DNA from: an uncultured Planctomycetia bacterium | GTDB taxonomy: Bacteria > Omnitrophota > Gorgyraeia > 2-01-FULL-45-10 | Length of the DNA: 64,000 nucleotides | Direction of reading: 5' to 3' | Assembly (NCBI GenBank): GCA_964352425.1 | Contig: CAYGRZ010000002.1 | Span: 18,240 to 82,239, forward strand | In this document: positions 28,562 through 37,385 of the stretch, in pieces | Position numbering within the stretch: the stretch's first letter is position 1 | Layout: the number at the start of each line of letters is the position of its first letter | The notes under the pieces: generated by a model | The model's database searches: none | Told to the model about the DNA's origin: nothing | What the model saw: the letters and a program-made list of their open reading frames with translations, nothing else | Translations under genes and position numbers: made by a program

Positions 28562-29691
28562 TGAAACAAAGCAGTTTCGTTCAGAATATCAGGCAGTACA
28601 CGATGCTGATCGCTCTTGTCGGGATATGGCTCATATTCTCGATACTGACGCAGGGCGTCTTCATATCTCCCCGCAATCTTTCGAACCTCTTCCTGCAGAC
28701 GGCGGCGGTAGCGGTCATCACCATAGGGATGACGCTCGTCATCGTGACGCGCAATATAGACCTCTCCGTCGGATCCGTCGCCGCATTCACCGGCGCGATC
28801 GCCGCCTTTATAAACGTCAAGATGGGATTGCCGGCCCATACCGCGCTCTTCCTGGCGTGCGGCGCCGGGCTTCTCATCGGCGTCTGGCACGGGTTCTGGA
28901 TCGCCTACCGGATGGTACCCGCGTTTATCGTCACACTCGCAAGCATGATGATATTCCGCGGAGCGGTCCTCGGCATTACGCAGGGCGCGACTATCGCGCC
29001 GCTTTCGCCGGGCTTCAAGGGCTTAGGCCAGAACTACATCGCGCCCCATATAAGCGTATGGATCGGCGTCGCCGCGATCTCGCTCTACATAATCCTCGGA
29101 TTTTACAAAAGATTCAAACGAGCGAAGTTCGGCTTCACGGTCAGCCCTTTCATTAAAGAAGCGGCAAAGATGATCCTCGTCTCCGCGGCCATGGCGGCAT
29201 TCTTTTTCATCCTCGTCAAGAACAGGGGAGTGCCCTACTCGGTATTCCTGGTCCTCCTCCTGGCGGTTGCGTTCAATTTCATGTCGCGCCAGACGGTCTT
29301 CGGCCGCCAGCTCTACGCCATCGGCGGTAATCCCGATGCGGCGTCGCTGTCCGGCATCAATATCCAGCGGCGCGTCATGATGCTCTACGCCCTCTTCGGC
29401 GTCCTCACCGCGGTCGGCGGGCTCGTCCTCACGGCGCGCTTGAACGCCGCGACGACATCTGCCGGCCAGGGCATGGAACTCGACGTCATCGCCGCCTCCG
29501 TCATCGGCGGCACATCGCTCATGGGCGGCGAGGGCACGATCTGGGGCTCGGTCATCGGCGCGCTCATCATGGCATCGCTCGACAACGGTATGAGCCTGAT
29601 GGACATGAACATCACGTACCAGTACATCATCAAGGGCATGATCCTGCTCCTCGCGGTCTGGGTCGATATCGCGACGCGCAAGCGCACGTAG
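28558..29691 (+). CDS. Sugar ABC transporter permease (XylH/RbsC-like)
   Basis: 377 aa polytopic membrane protein with the family pattern (LSVGSVAAFTGAIAA, GGTSLMGGEGTIWGSVIGALI). Overlaps the ATPase stop. Confidence 0.85.
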   Translation: MMKQSSFVQNIRQYTMLIALVGIWLIFSILTQGVFISPRNLSNLFLQTAAVAVITIGMTLVIVTRNIDLSVGSVAAFTGAIAAFINVKMGLPAHTALFLACGAGLLIGVWHGFWIAYRMVPAFIVTLASMMIFRGAVLGITQGATIAPLSPGFKGLGQNYIAPHISVWIGVAAISLYIILGFYKRFKRAKFGFTVSPFIKEAAKMILVSAAMAAFFFILVKNRGVPYSVFLVLLLAVAFNFMSRQTVFGRQLYAIGGNPDAASLSGINIQRRVMMLYALFGVLTAVGGLVLTARLNAATTSAGQGMELDVIAASVIGGTSLMGGEGTIWGSVIGALIMASLDNGMSLMDMNITYQYIIKGMILLLAVWVDIATRKRT

Positions 29692-29696
29692 CCGCG

Positions 29697-30470
29697 ATGC
29701 CCAAAAAACCAAAAGACAACATCTTCTTCATATTGGCGCTGCTTTTTGGTACGATCGTTCTGGCCTCCGCGTTAACAGCTGCCGGGGCCAACCCGTTTTT
29801 GTTGCTCGGTTCGGCGGCGCTCGTTATTGTCGCGCTGGCCAGGGTATCGAAGGTCGCGCGCAAGGATATCCTCGAGTATCTGAACGGGCCGAAAAGATTT
29901 TGTAAAGGCCGCGGCATCGAGATCGGCAGCGGCGCGAACCGGATGCTGAAGGATTCGCTCCTCGTCGATGTCGTGGACGATTTCTCGAGCGCGCACGCCT
30001 ATGAGGTCGACTACAGGGCCGACGCGCATGATCTGGCCGAGATACCGGACGGCTCGCTCGATTACGTGTGCGCCAGCCACGTGCTTGAACACCTGACCAA
30101 CCCGGTCAAGGCGATCCTCGAATTGCTGAGAGTGCTTAAGGCAGGCGGGACGATCTGGCTCAGGATCCCGGATAAGCGCACAACGTTCGACCGGCCGAGG
30201 CAGAGGACGGCGCTGGGACACCTGATCGAGGACTACAGGAAGAACGTTCCCCCCGACGACCCCACCCATATCGACGATAACAACGCCACTACCGACCCCC
30301 CGCGGCAGCAGGCCCACCCGTATGTCCATAACCACGTCTGGATCCCGGAAGATATAACGGAGCTCTTTGGCTACATCAATGCCGGGCACGTGCCCCTCAG
30401 TGTGGTGCGCTGCGGGGAAAACACCTGCAGGCATGCGCAGGACTTCTGGGTTGTTATAAAGAAGATATAA
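29697..30470 (+). CDS. Class I SAM-dependent methyltransferase (Methyltransf_11-like) with an N-terminal TM helix
   Basis: VCASHVLEHLTNP and LKAGGTIWL motifs. Confidence 0.65.
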   Translation: MPKKPKDNIFFILALLFGTIVLASALTAAGANPFLLLGSAALVIVALARVSKVARKDILEYLNGPKRFCKGRGIEIGSGANRMLKDSLLVDVVDDFSSAHAYEVDYRADAHDLAEIPDGSLDYVCASHVLEHLTNPVKAILELLRVLKAGGTIWLRIPDKRTTFDRPRQRTALGHLIEDYRKNVPPDDPTHIDDNNATTDPPRQQAHPYVHNHVWIPEDITELFGYINAGHVPLSVVRCGENTCRHAQDFWVVIKKI

Positions 30471-30504
30471 TTGTATAATATCATCACCTATATAAGGAAA
30501 ACCG

Positions 30505-31965
30505 ATGTTCTTCAGGTCTATCCGCTTCAAGATGATGCTGTGGTACATGCTGCTCCTGACGCTGACGCTCCTGGCGTTCAGCGTCGTCGTCTACGGCAGT
30601 TTCTCGAAGACGCTCTATAACGATCTCGACGACCTCCTGAGTTCGAAGGCCGAGGGCGTCGTCAACTCGATCAACACCTTCTGGAGCGCGAAAGCGGCCG
30701 CTGCCGCCCAGGGCAGGGGCGGGGAGGATACGTTCGTGAAGAGCGCCGGCGACTGGGTCGAGACGAAGCTGAAGGATCCGGAGCTGATGAGCCTGTTTGT
30801 CCAGATACTCGACTCGAAGGGCGCGCGCATCGTCGCCTCGAAGAACATGCCGCATATCGAAACTCTGTCGAAAGACGTGCTCGAAGACCTGCTGGACGGC
30901 GAGGATGATTTTGACACGCTGAAGGGCGAGACGGCCGAAGGCAAGTCGACGAAATTCAGGACGTATACAAGGCCCGTGATGATCGGCGGCAAGGTCGAGT
31001 ATATCGTGCAGGTCTCGGGTTCGATCGGCCTGCTGGCGCTTGCGACGAAGAACCTCGTGTGGCTCCTGGTCATACTCCTGCCGCTCACCGTCTTCCTGGC
31101 CGGCATGCCGGGCCTGGTCCTGGTCAGGCTCACCCTGAAGCCTGTCGACACAATGATCAAGGCGCTCAGGCAGACGACCGCGGAAAACCTGAAGCTGAAG
31201 ATACACCTTCCCGACACGAAGGACGAGATAAAGCGCCTGGCCGATACCTTCAACGAGATGATCGAGCGGCTCGACCGGTCGTTCTCCTCCCAGCAAAGCT
31301 TCATCCAGGACCTGTCGAGCGAGCTTAAAAACCCGCTTACAGAACTGAAGGAGCAGTATGAGGCGGCTCTCGGTTCATCGGCATCGGCGCAGGAATACGC
31401 CTCGCTCGTGCGCCACGGGCTCGAGGAGATGAAGAAGTTCGGGCAGGCCATAGAGGAGCTGGAGACGCTGGCAAAATTCGACAATAACCGCATGGCACTC
31501 GAGATACGCAAGGTGAACCTGTCGCCTCTCATCGACGAGGCCCTCGGCGCCATCAGGGCACAGGCGTCGGCAAAGGACATCGCCCTCTCGTCGATCCTGA
31601 AGGACACCATGATCATCGACGGTGACGAGCGGCAGCTTAAGGCGCTCTTCGCCAACATCCTCGACAATGCCATCAAGTATACAAACCGGAAAGGAAGCGT
31701 GACGGTAACGGCGCGGAAGAACCACCGCTCGGTCACCGTCAGCATCAGCGATACGGGCATCGGCATAGAGGAGAACGAGCTTCCTTACATATTCGACCGC
31801 TTCTACCAGGTCACGAAATCCCGCAGCGGTAAGGGCGGGTTCGGGCTGGGCCTCTCCATCGCGAAGTCCGTCGCGGAAGTGCACAAGGCGACGATCGCCG
31901 TCGACAGCACTCCCGGCAAAGGCTCGACCTTTACCGTCTCATTGCCGTTATCATATCCGGGGTAG
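30505..31965 (+). CDS. Sensor histidine-kinase-like protein (two TM helices, HAMP, DHp, HATPase_c) with the H-box His replaced by Ser
   Basis: H-box reads DLSSELKNPLTEL (codon AGC) where kinases have SHELRTPL. N, G1 (DTGIGI) and G2 (GGFGLGL) boxes are intact. No response regulator adjacent. Confidence 0.75.
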   Translation: MFFRSIRFKMMLWYMLLLTLTLLAFSVVVYGSFSKTLYNDLDDLLSSKAEGVVNSINTFWSAKAAAAAQGRGGEDTFVKSAGDWVETKLKDPELMSLFVQILDSKGARIVASKNMPHIETLSKDVLEDLLDGEDDFDTLKGETAEGKSTKFRTYTRPVMIGGKVEYIVQVSGSIGLLALATKNLVWLLVILLPLTVFLAGMPGLVLVRLTLKPVDTMIKALRQTTAENLKLKIHLPDTKDEIKRLADTFNEMIERLDRSFSSQQSFIQDLSSELKNPLTELKEQYEAALGSSASAQEYASLVRHGLEEMKKFGQAIEELETLAKFDNNRMALEIRKVNLSPLIDEALGAIRAQASAKDIALSSILKDTMIIDGDERQLKALFANILDNAIKYTNRKGSVTVTARKNHRSVTVSISDTGIGIEENELPYIFDRFYQVTKSRSGKGGFGLGLSIAKSVAEVHKATIAVDSTPGKGSTFTVSLPLSYPG

Positions 31966-31968
31966 ACG

Positions 31969-32865
31969 ATGTCCGTTATATTCACTCTCAGACCGACAAG
32001 AGAAAAGACGGTCGTGCCCGGCTCTTACGACAACGGGTTTGTCCTTGAGGGCGCGAACGGCGCCACTGTTATACTCATCCACGGCCTGACCGGCACGCCG
32101 AACGAGATGCGGTTCCTGGCCAACTACCTCAATAAGAAGGGCTACTCGGTCATATGTCCGCGGCTGGCCAACCACGGCGAGAGCCTGTCGGTCCTCAAAA
32201 AGACGCGCTGGCAGGAATTTTACGCCTCCGTGCGCGACGCGGCCGCGGTCCGGCAGGCCCTGGCCGGCGGCGGGAGCGTTTTCGTCTCCGGCCTTTCGAT
32301 GGGCGCGCTCCTGGCTCTCGTGCTGGCCGACGAGTACAGGGACAGGATCGCCGGCGTGACCTGCCTGGCGCCGACGCTCTTCTACGACGGCTGGAACACG
32401 CCGGGCGCGAGATTCTTCATGCCGCTGGCGTGCACGCCGCTGAAGTACTTCTTCTACTTCAAGGAGGAGCCGCCGTACGGCATACGGAACGAGGCGATAC
32501 AGGCGAGGGTCCATAAATATTACGCGAACGCCAGCCTCGATAACATGGAGAACGTCGCCCAGTACGGCTATCCGTTCTATCCGGTCACGCAGCTCTACCA
32601 GCTCCAGCTTCTCGTGAAATACCTGTCGAAGAGGCTCCGGAACGTGAAGACGCCCGTCCAGCTCATCCAGGCAAAAGACGACGACATGACGAGCATAAAG
32701 AACTCGAAGTACATCTACGACCGCGTCAGGTCCCCGGTCAAGGAGATGGTCTTCCTCTATAACTCGTATCACGTGATCTCGGTCGATCAGGAACGCGACA
32801 TTGTTGCCGAGAAGATGGAAGGATTCTTCAGTCGAGTGCGCCCGGGCCTCAACACCGAGCGATGA
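31969..32865 (+). CDS. Alpha/beta hydrolase (esterase/lipase-like)
   Basis: Catalytic elbow GLSMGA. ILIHGLTGTP oxyanion-hole region. Confidence 0.7.
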   Translation: MSVIFTLRPTREKTVVPGSYDNGFVLEGANGATVILIHGLTGTPNEMRFLANYLNKKGYSVICPRLANHGESLSVLKKTRWQEFYASVRDAAAVRQALAGGGSVFVSGLSMGALLALVLADEYRDRIAGVTCLAPTLFYDGWNTPGARFFMPLACTPLKYFFYFKEEPPYGIRNEAIQARVHKYYANASLDNMENVAQYGYPFYPVTQLYQLQLLVKYLSKRLRNVKTPVQLIQAKDDDMTSIKNSKYIYDRVRSPVKEMVFLYNSYHVISVDQERDIVAEKMEGFFSRVRPGLNTER

Positions 32866-33656
32866 AGAGCTTCCGCCGTATTGTCTACGGCCATTACCGG
32901 AAACACTACCGCCCGATGCCGTGGCGCGACACGCGCGACCCGTACCGCATCCTCATATCCGAGATAATGCTCCAGCAGACTCAAGTATCCCGCGTCCTCG
33001 AAAAGTACGGGCAATTCATCAGGCGCTTCCCGACGATGCGTAGCCTCGCGCTCGCTCCGCTCGGCGATGTTCTCGCGGCGTGGCAGGGGCTCGGCTATAA
33101 CCGCAGGGCGCTCGCCCTGAAGCGTCTCGCCGCCGAAGTGGTGGCGCGCTACGGCGGCAGGCTTCCCGACTGCCGCGAGGCGCTCGAAGCCCTCCCGGGC
33201 ATCGGCGAGGCGACCGCCGGCGCGATCATGGCCTACGCGTTCAATACGCCCGCCGTGTATATCGAGACGAATATCCGCACCGTCTACATCCACCACTTTT
33301 TTAAGGACCGCGCCAATGTGCGCGATGAGGCGCTTATTCCGTATATTGAGAAGACGCTCGACCGCAAAGATCCGCGCGAGTGGTATTACGCGCTCATGGA
33401 TTACGGCGTCTATCTCAAGTCGGTCATGCCCGATCCGGCCCGCAGGAGCAGCCGCTACCGCACGCAGCCGCGCTTCAAAGGCTCTGACCGTCAGCTACGC
33501 GGCAAAGTCCTGAAGCTTCTCACCGCACGGCGCCGCATGACGAGGCGCGCGCTTTACCGGGCCCTGGAAGAGGACGCCAGGCGGCTCGACAGGATCACGG
33601 GGGCACTCGTCAAAGAAGGCCTCATCAGGCAGTCGGGGCAATCCGTTTTCCTGTAA
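32862..33656 (+). CDS. HhH-GPD base-excision DNA glycosylase (MutY/Nth-like N-terminal domain, no Fe-S cluster motif)
   Basis: LISEIMLQQTQV...GLGYNRRA...LPGIGEATAGAIMAYAF parallels the MutY/EndoIII HhH-GPD region. The C-terminus lacks the CX6CX2CX5C cluster. Confidence 0.7.
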   Translation: MKSFRRIVYGHYRKHYRPMPWRDTRDPYRILISEIMLQQTQVSRVLEKYGQFIRRFPTMRSLALAPLGDVLAAWQGLGYNRRALALKRLAAEVVARYGGRLPDCREALEALPGIGEATAGAIMAYAFNTPAVYIETNIRTVYIHHFFKDRANVRDEALIPYIEKTLDRKDPREWYYALMDYGVYLKSVMPDPARRSSRYRTQPRFKGSDRQLRGKVLKLLTARRRMTRRALYRALEEDARRLDRITGALVKEGLIRQSGQSVFL

Positions 33657-33709
33657 TACGCAGAACCCCCGCATGCTATAATATCCATACCAACACAAGG
33701 AGGTGCCTT

Positions 33710-34933
33710 ATGATAAAACAATTCGCCGCAGGAAGCTGCTATTCGTATATCGTAAGTTCTGACGGCGAGGCTGCCGTCGTCGATCCCCACATCAGCCTTT
33801 TCGATGAATACGCCTCGTATCTCAAGAAACATTCTCTCACGCTCAGGGCCATAATAGATACCCATACTCACGCCGATCATTTCTCGCTCACCGCAGTTCT
33901 CAAAAAACACTACAATGTCCCCATCCTCATGCACGAGAAGGCCATCTCGGATATCGCGGACCGGCGCCTGAAGGACGGCGACGAAGTAACCGTAGGCCGG
34001 AGCCGCCTCAAAATCCTCCACGCTCCCGGCCACACCGACGATGCGATAGCCCTGCACGGCGACGGTGCGGTCATGACCGGCGACGTCCTCCTGATAGGCT
34101 CGGTCGGCAGGACCGACTTCCAGAACGGTTCGCCCGAATCGATGTTCGACACGCTCCGGCGCTTCAAAGCACTTCCCGACAGCACCGTCGTCTACCCGGC
34201 GCATGATTACCACGAGGTCCGTTCGTCGACCATCGCGAAAGAGAAGGCGGCCAACCCCTTCATGAAACAGCCCGACAAAGACGCGTTCGTTAAGGAAATG
34301 CGGTCAAAGGTCCTCCAGAAGCCGTTCAACATGGACAATATCATCCGCGTCAACCGCACAGGCGGGGCGACGCGCCTCGAGATGGTCTCCCCGAAAGATG
34401 TCCGCGCGCTTATTGCCGAAGGCGGCCGCTACAAACTCCTGGACGTGCGCAGCCCGCTCGAATATAACGAAGTCCATATCAAGGGAGCTCTCAATGTTCC
34501 CATGGACATGGTCGCCGCCAGGCTGGACGAGCTCGGCAGAACAGGCGACGCTTACGTCGTCGGGTGCCGGACCGGTAACCGCTCTGCCATGGCCGCTGAC
34601 ATGCTCATCCAGTCGGGGATAAAGGACGTCAAGGTCTTAGGTGGCGGCATGACCGAATGGCAGAAAGAGCGCCTCCCGGTCGAAAAAGGCGCCGGAGGCA
34701 TATCTATCGAACGCCAGGTAAGGATCGGCGCCGGCACGCTCGTCCTGGCCGGCATCGCTCTGGCCGCGCTCGTCCATCCGGCGTTCATCGGCATATCCGT
34801 CTTCGTCGCCTGCGGCCTCATCTACGCAGGCGCCACCGACAACTGCCTGATGGGCATGCTCCTCATGAAACTCCCCTATAACAGGAAGCTCTACAGGACA
34901 AAGTCGGGTGGCGGCACCTGCGCGATGGGCTAA
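33710..34933 (+). CDS. Persulfide dioxygenase-like MBL-fold hydrolase fused to a rhodanese domain and a C-terminal DUF2892-like membrane segment
   Basis: HTHADH metal motif. Rhodanese region YKLLDVRSPLEYNEVHIKGALNVP with active-site CRTGNRS. Hydrophobic C-terminus. Confidence 0.75.
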   Translation: MIKQFAAGSCYSYIVSSDGEAAVVDPHISLFDEYASYLKKHSLTLRAIIDTHTHADHFSLTAVLKKHYNVPILMHEKAISDIADRRLKDGDEVTVGRSRLKILHAPGHTDDAIALHGDGAVMTGDVLLIGSVGRTDFQNGSPESMFDTLRRFKALPDSTVVYPAHDYHEVRSSTIAKEKAANPFMKQPDKDAFVKEMRSKVLQKPFNMDNIIRVNRTGGATRLEMVSPKDVRALIAEGGRYKLLDVRSPLEYNEVHIKGALNVPMDMVAARLDELGRTGDAYVVGCRTGNRSAMAADMLIQSGIKDVKVLGGGMTEWQKERLPVEKGAGGISIERQVRIGAGTLVLAGIALAALVHPAFIGISVFVACGLIYAGATDNCLMGMLLMKLPYNRKLYRTKSGGGTCAMG

Positions 34934-34988
34934 AGGCGCGGGAACTTTTTGAGCCCCCACACTGTCTAATGTAATAGAGGCCAGGGAC

Positions 34989-35534
34989 ATGTCCGACATA
35001 TCGAGCGAACTAATACTCAAGGCGGCCGATGGCGACATGGCAGCCTTTGAAGCAATATACAAGGCCTCGTCCGGCTTCGTCTACAATATTGCTCTCAGGA
35101 TAACCAATAACCGCGACGACGCCGATGAGGTCACGCAGGACGTATTCGTAAAGATCTTTAACAGCCTAAAGAGTTTCGGGTCCCGGTCGTCCTTCAAGAC
35201 GTGGATCTACCGGATCGCGGCCAACACAGCCATCAACCATGCCAAGAGCGCTTCCCGCCATAGGCGGAGCAAGGTCGAATACGATCCGGCGATCCATGAT
35301 GTACAGGCCCCGGACGCCGCGAAACTCGAGCCGGATACGGACGAGGCTCGAGACACGGCCGCGCGGCTTCTGGATGCGCTCGATCCGGACCAGAGGGCGG
35401 TGCTGGCGCTTCGCGAGATAGAAGAGCTCGATTACAGGGCGATAGCGGATACGCTGAAAATAAATATCAATACGGTGCGGTCGAGGTTGAGGAGGGCGCG
35501 GGAGAAGCTGATCGCGCTGGCAAGAAAGAGGTGA
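34989..35534 (+). CDS. ECF-subfamily RNA polymerase sigma-70 factor
   Basis: Region 2 (FEAIYKASSGFVYNIALRITNNRDDADEVTQDVFVKIF) and region 4 (LREIEELDYRAIADTLKININTVRSRL). Confidence 0.8.
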   Translation: MSDISSELILKAADGDMAAFEAIYKASSGFVYNIALRITNNRDDADEVTQDVFVKIFNSLKSFGSRSSFKTWIYRIAANTAINHAKSASRHRRSKVEYDPAIHDVQAPDAAKLEPDTDEARDTAARLLDALDPDQRAVLALREIEELDYRAIADTLKININTVRSRLRRAREKLIALARKR

Positions 35535-35539
35535 GCGCC

Positions 35540-36028
35540 ATGAAATGCGAACGTATACAGGAATTACTGCTTACCGATCATATGGACGGGGAGCTCGGCG
35601 GCGCGCTCAGGCGTGAAGTTGACGAACATCTGCGCTCCTGTCTGGCATGCGGCGAATTTGCCCGGGCTGCTGTCCAGGTCTCGGCACGTCCTCTCAAGGC
35701 TGCCGGCAAAGAGGAGGCGCCTTCCTATATATGGCATCGCGTGAAGGAGCGGATCGCTTCGCAGGAAGGATCGCGCACCGGCGTCATGCAGGATATGGCA
35801 GAGTTTATCAGGGGCGTGCGTGCGCCGTGTGCGAGGATACCCAGGCCGGCCATCGCGTTCGCCGCCGCAGCCATGGTGATACTGGCCGTCCTTGTGGCGC
35901 GGCCCATTATCAGGGATCGCGCGGCCGACGCATACCTGAACGATCAGATGAGTTTTATGGCCGGCCTCGGCACGGAAGAATATAATGGTTCCGATAACGG
36001 GAACTTTTTTGATATGGACGTTGTCTAA
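35540..36028 (+). CDS. Putative zf-HC2 anti-sigma factor
   Basis: Immediately downstream of, and overlapping, the ECF sigma gene. HLRSCLACGEF zinc-finger-like motif. One TM helix. Confidence 0.55.
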   Translation: MKCERIQELLLTDHMDGELGGALRREVDEHLRSCLACGEFARAAVQVSARPLKAAGKEEAPSYIWHRVKERIASQEGSRTGVMQDMAEFIRGVRAPCARIPRPAIAFAAAAMVILAVLVARPIIRDRAADAYLNDQMSFMAGLGTEEYNGSDNGNFFDMDVV

Positions 36029-36050
36029 CATAGTAAAGGAGGGCATTAAC

Positions 36051-36560
36051 ATGAAGACGAATATGAGGAAAGGATTGGCAGTGGCGGTAGTGGTGGCCAT
36101 GGTCTTTGCGGCCTCAAGCGCCTGGGCCGGAGAAGGATGGGCAGGGCATAAAGGGGAAGGCGAGAAGGGTGAGCACTTTGAAAAGATGACCAAAGAGCTC
36201 AATCTCACGCCGCAGCAGAAGGCCGAGCTCGAGAAAGAGCGCTCGGCGACGATGCCGAAGATGAAGGAGCTGAGGGAAAAGATGCGCACCGCGCACGCAG
36301 AGCTCAAGGCCGAGATCGACAAGCCGGCGCCGGACACGGCGCGCCTGGCAGCGATCGTCACGGAGCTTAAGAACCTCACCGGAGAACAGATACAGATGAG
36401 GATCGGCAAGGTCCTGGCGATGAAGAAGATCCTCACGCCTGAGCAATCGGCAAAGATGAAGAGCGTGATGGAGCAAAAGAAGAAGGGGTTCGAGACTAAG
36501 CGCGGCGGAAAAGGCCGCGGCCCCGAAGGACACGGTCCCGAAGGTCCTGAAGAGCGCTAA
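36051..36560 (+). CDS. Spy/CpxP-family periplasmic stress chaperone-like protein (LTxxQ motifs)
   Basis: Signal peptide. Repeated LTPQQKAELEK and LTGEQ motifs. Lys/Glu-rich helical protein. ATG at 36051 with an AGGAGGG RBS. Confidence 0.6.
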   Translation: MKTNMRKGLAVAVVVAMVFAASSAWAGEGWAGHKGEGEKGEHFEKMTKELNLTPQQKAELEKERSATMPKMKELREKMRTAHAELKAEIDKPAPDTARLAAIVTELKNLTGEQIQMRIGKVLAMKKILTPEQSAKMKSVMEQKKKGFETKRGGKGRGPEGHGPEGPEER

Positions 36561-36608
36561 ACAGCGCTTAGCGGAAATCGGTAGTTGTAATTGGTAGCAT
36601 CTCAGCAA

Positions 36609-36642
36609 CGACGTAGGGGAGGTTTAAACCTCCCCTACGTCG
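36609..36642. repeat. Perfect 34-bp palindrome CGACGTAGGGGAGG-TTTAAA-CCTCCCCTACGTCG
   Basis: Seen directly. GTTTAAAC core. Confidence 0.7.
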
Positions 36643-36654
36643 GGAGTTACTGTA

Positions 36655-36686
36655 ATTGTAGGGCACGTTTAAACGTGCCCTACAAT
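36655..36686. repeat. Perfect 32-bp palindrome ATTGTAGGGCACG-TTTAAA-CGTGCCCTACAAT (REP-like element; diverged copy at 5554-5582)
   Basis: Seen directly. Second of two tandem palindromes between the CpxP-like gene and the lexA promoter. Confidence 0.7.
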
Positions 36687-36691
36687 TTTAC

Positions 36692-36720
36692 TTGACAGGT
36701 GAACGGACGTTCACTATACT
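36692..36720 (+). promoter_or_regulatory. lexA promoter: TTGACA-17-TATACT with a LexA (Cheo-type) SOS box GAACGGACGTTC at 36701-36712 inside the spacer
   Basis: Consensus hexamers with exact 17-bp spacing. GAAC-N4-GTTC palindrome overlaps the spacer, consistent with autoregulation. Confidence 0.6.
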
Positions 36721-36732
36721 TGTATACGAGAT

Positions 36733-36780
36733 CACCTCGGAGGTGGTCCCGGAGAAGACTGATACCGCACCTCCGAGGTG
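36733..36780 (+). promoter_or_regulatory. 5'-UTR stem-loop: 13-bp perfect inverted repeat CACCTCGGAGGTG ... CACCTCCGAGGTG beginning ~6 nt after the predicted lexA transcription start
   Basis: The arms are exact reverse complements, separated by 22 nt. Confidence 0.5.
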
Positions 36781-36803
36781 TGGTAACGGTATACCGGGGT
36801 TCT

Positions 36804-37385
36804 ATGGACAAACTCACGCTAAAGACTTACGCCGGGCACCTCGAGCGTTTCTACCAGGACGCCGGCCGCATGCCGTCCTACTCGGAGATGCTCGGGCTCT
36901 TCGGCCTGAAGTCGAAGAACGCCGTATTTAAACGCATCGCAAAATTGGTCGACGCCGGCCTCGTCCGCAAAGACTCCCGCGGATGTATCCTGCCGGCTCA
37001 CCTTAGGCGCCCGGCACGGCTTCTGGGCTTCGTCCAGGCCGGATTCCCCAGCCCGGCGGAGGAGGAGACGCAGGACCTCGTAAGTCTCGACGAATATCTC
37101 ATATCCAATCCCGAATCTACATTCCTTCTCAAGGTCGAGGGCGATTCGATGGTCGGCGCAGGGATCAACCCGGGAGATCTCGTCCTCGTCCAGCGCGACC
37201 TGAACCCGCGGCCGGGCGATATCGTCATCGCGCGCATCGATAACGAGTGGACGCTCAAATATTTCGACACGTCGAAGGGCAAAGTCACCTTAAGGGCCGC
37301 CAACGACAAATACCCCGTCCTTGCGCCGCGCCAGGAACTCGTGATAGGCGGCGTCGTCATAGCCAATGTCCGCAAATATCGCTGA
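36804..37385 (+). CDS. lexA: LexA repressor (S24 peptidase)
   Basis: N-terminal wHTH. Cleavage-site region and Ser/Lys dyad region (GDSMVGAGINPGDLVLVQ ... TLKYFD ... GGVVIAN). 193 aa from the ATG at 36804. Confidence 0.85.
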   Translation: MDKLTLKTYAGHLERFYQDAGRMPSYSEMLGLFGLKSKNAVFKRIAKLVDAGLVRKDSRGCILPAHLRRPARLLGFVQAGFPSPAEEETQDLVSLDEYLISNPESTFLLKVEGDSMVGAGINPGDLVLVQRDLNPRPGDIVIARIDNEWTLKYFDTSKGKVTLRAANDKYPVLAPRQELVIGGVVIANVRKYR

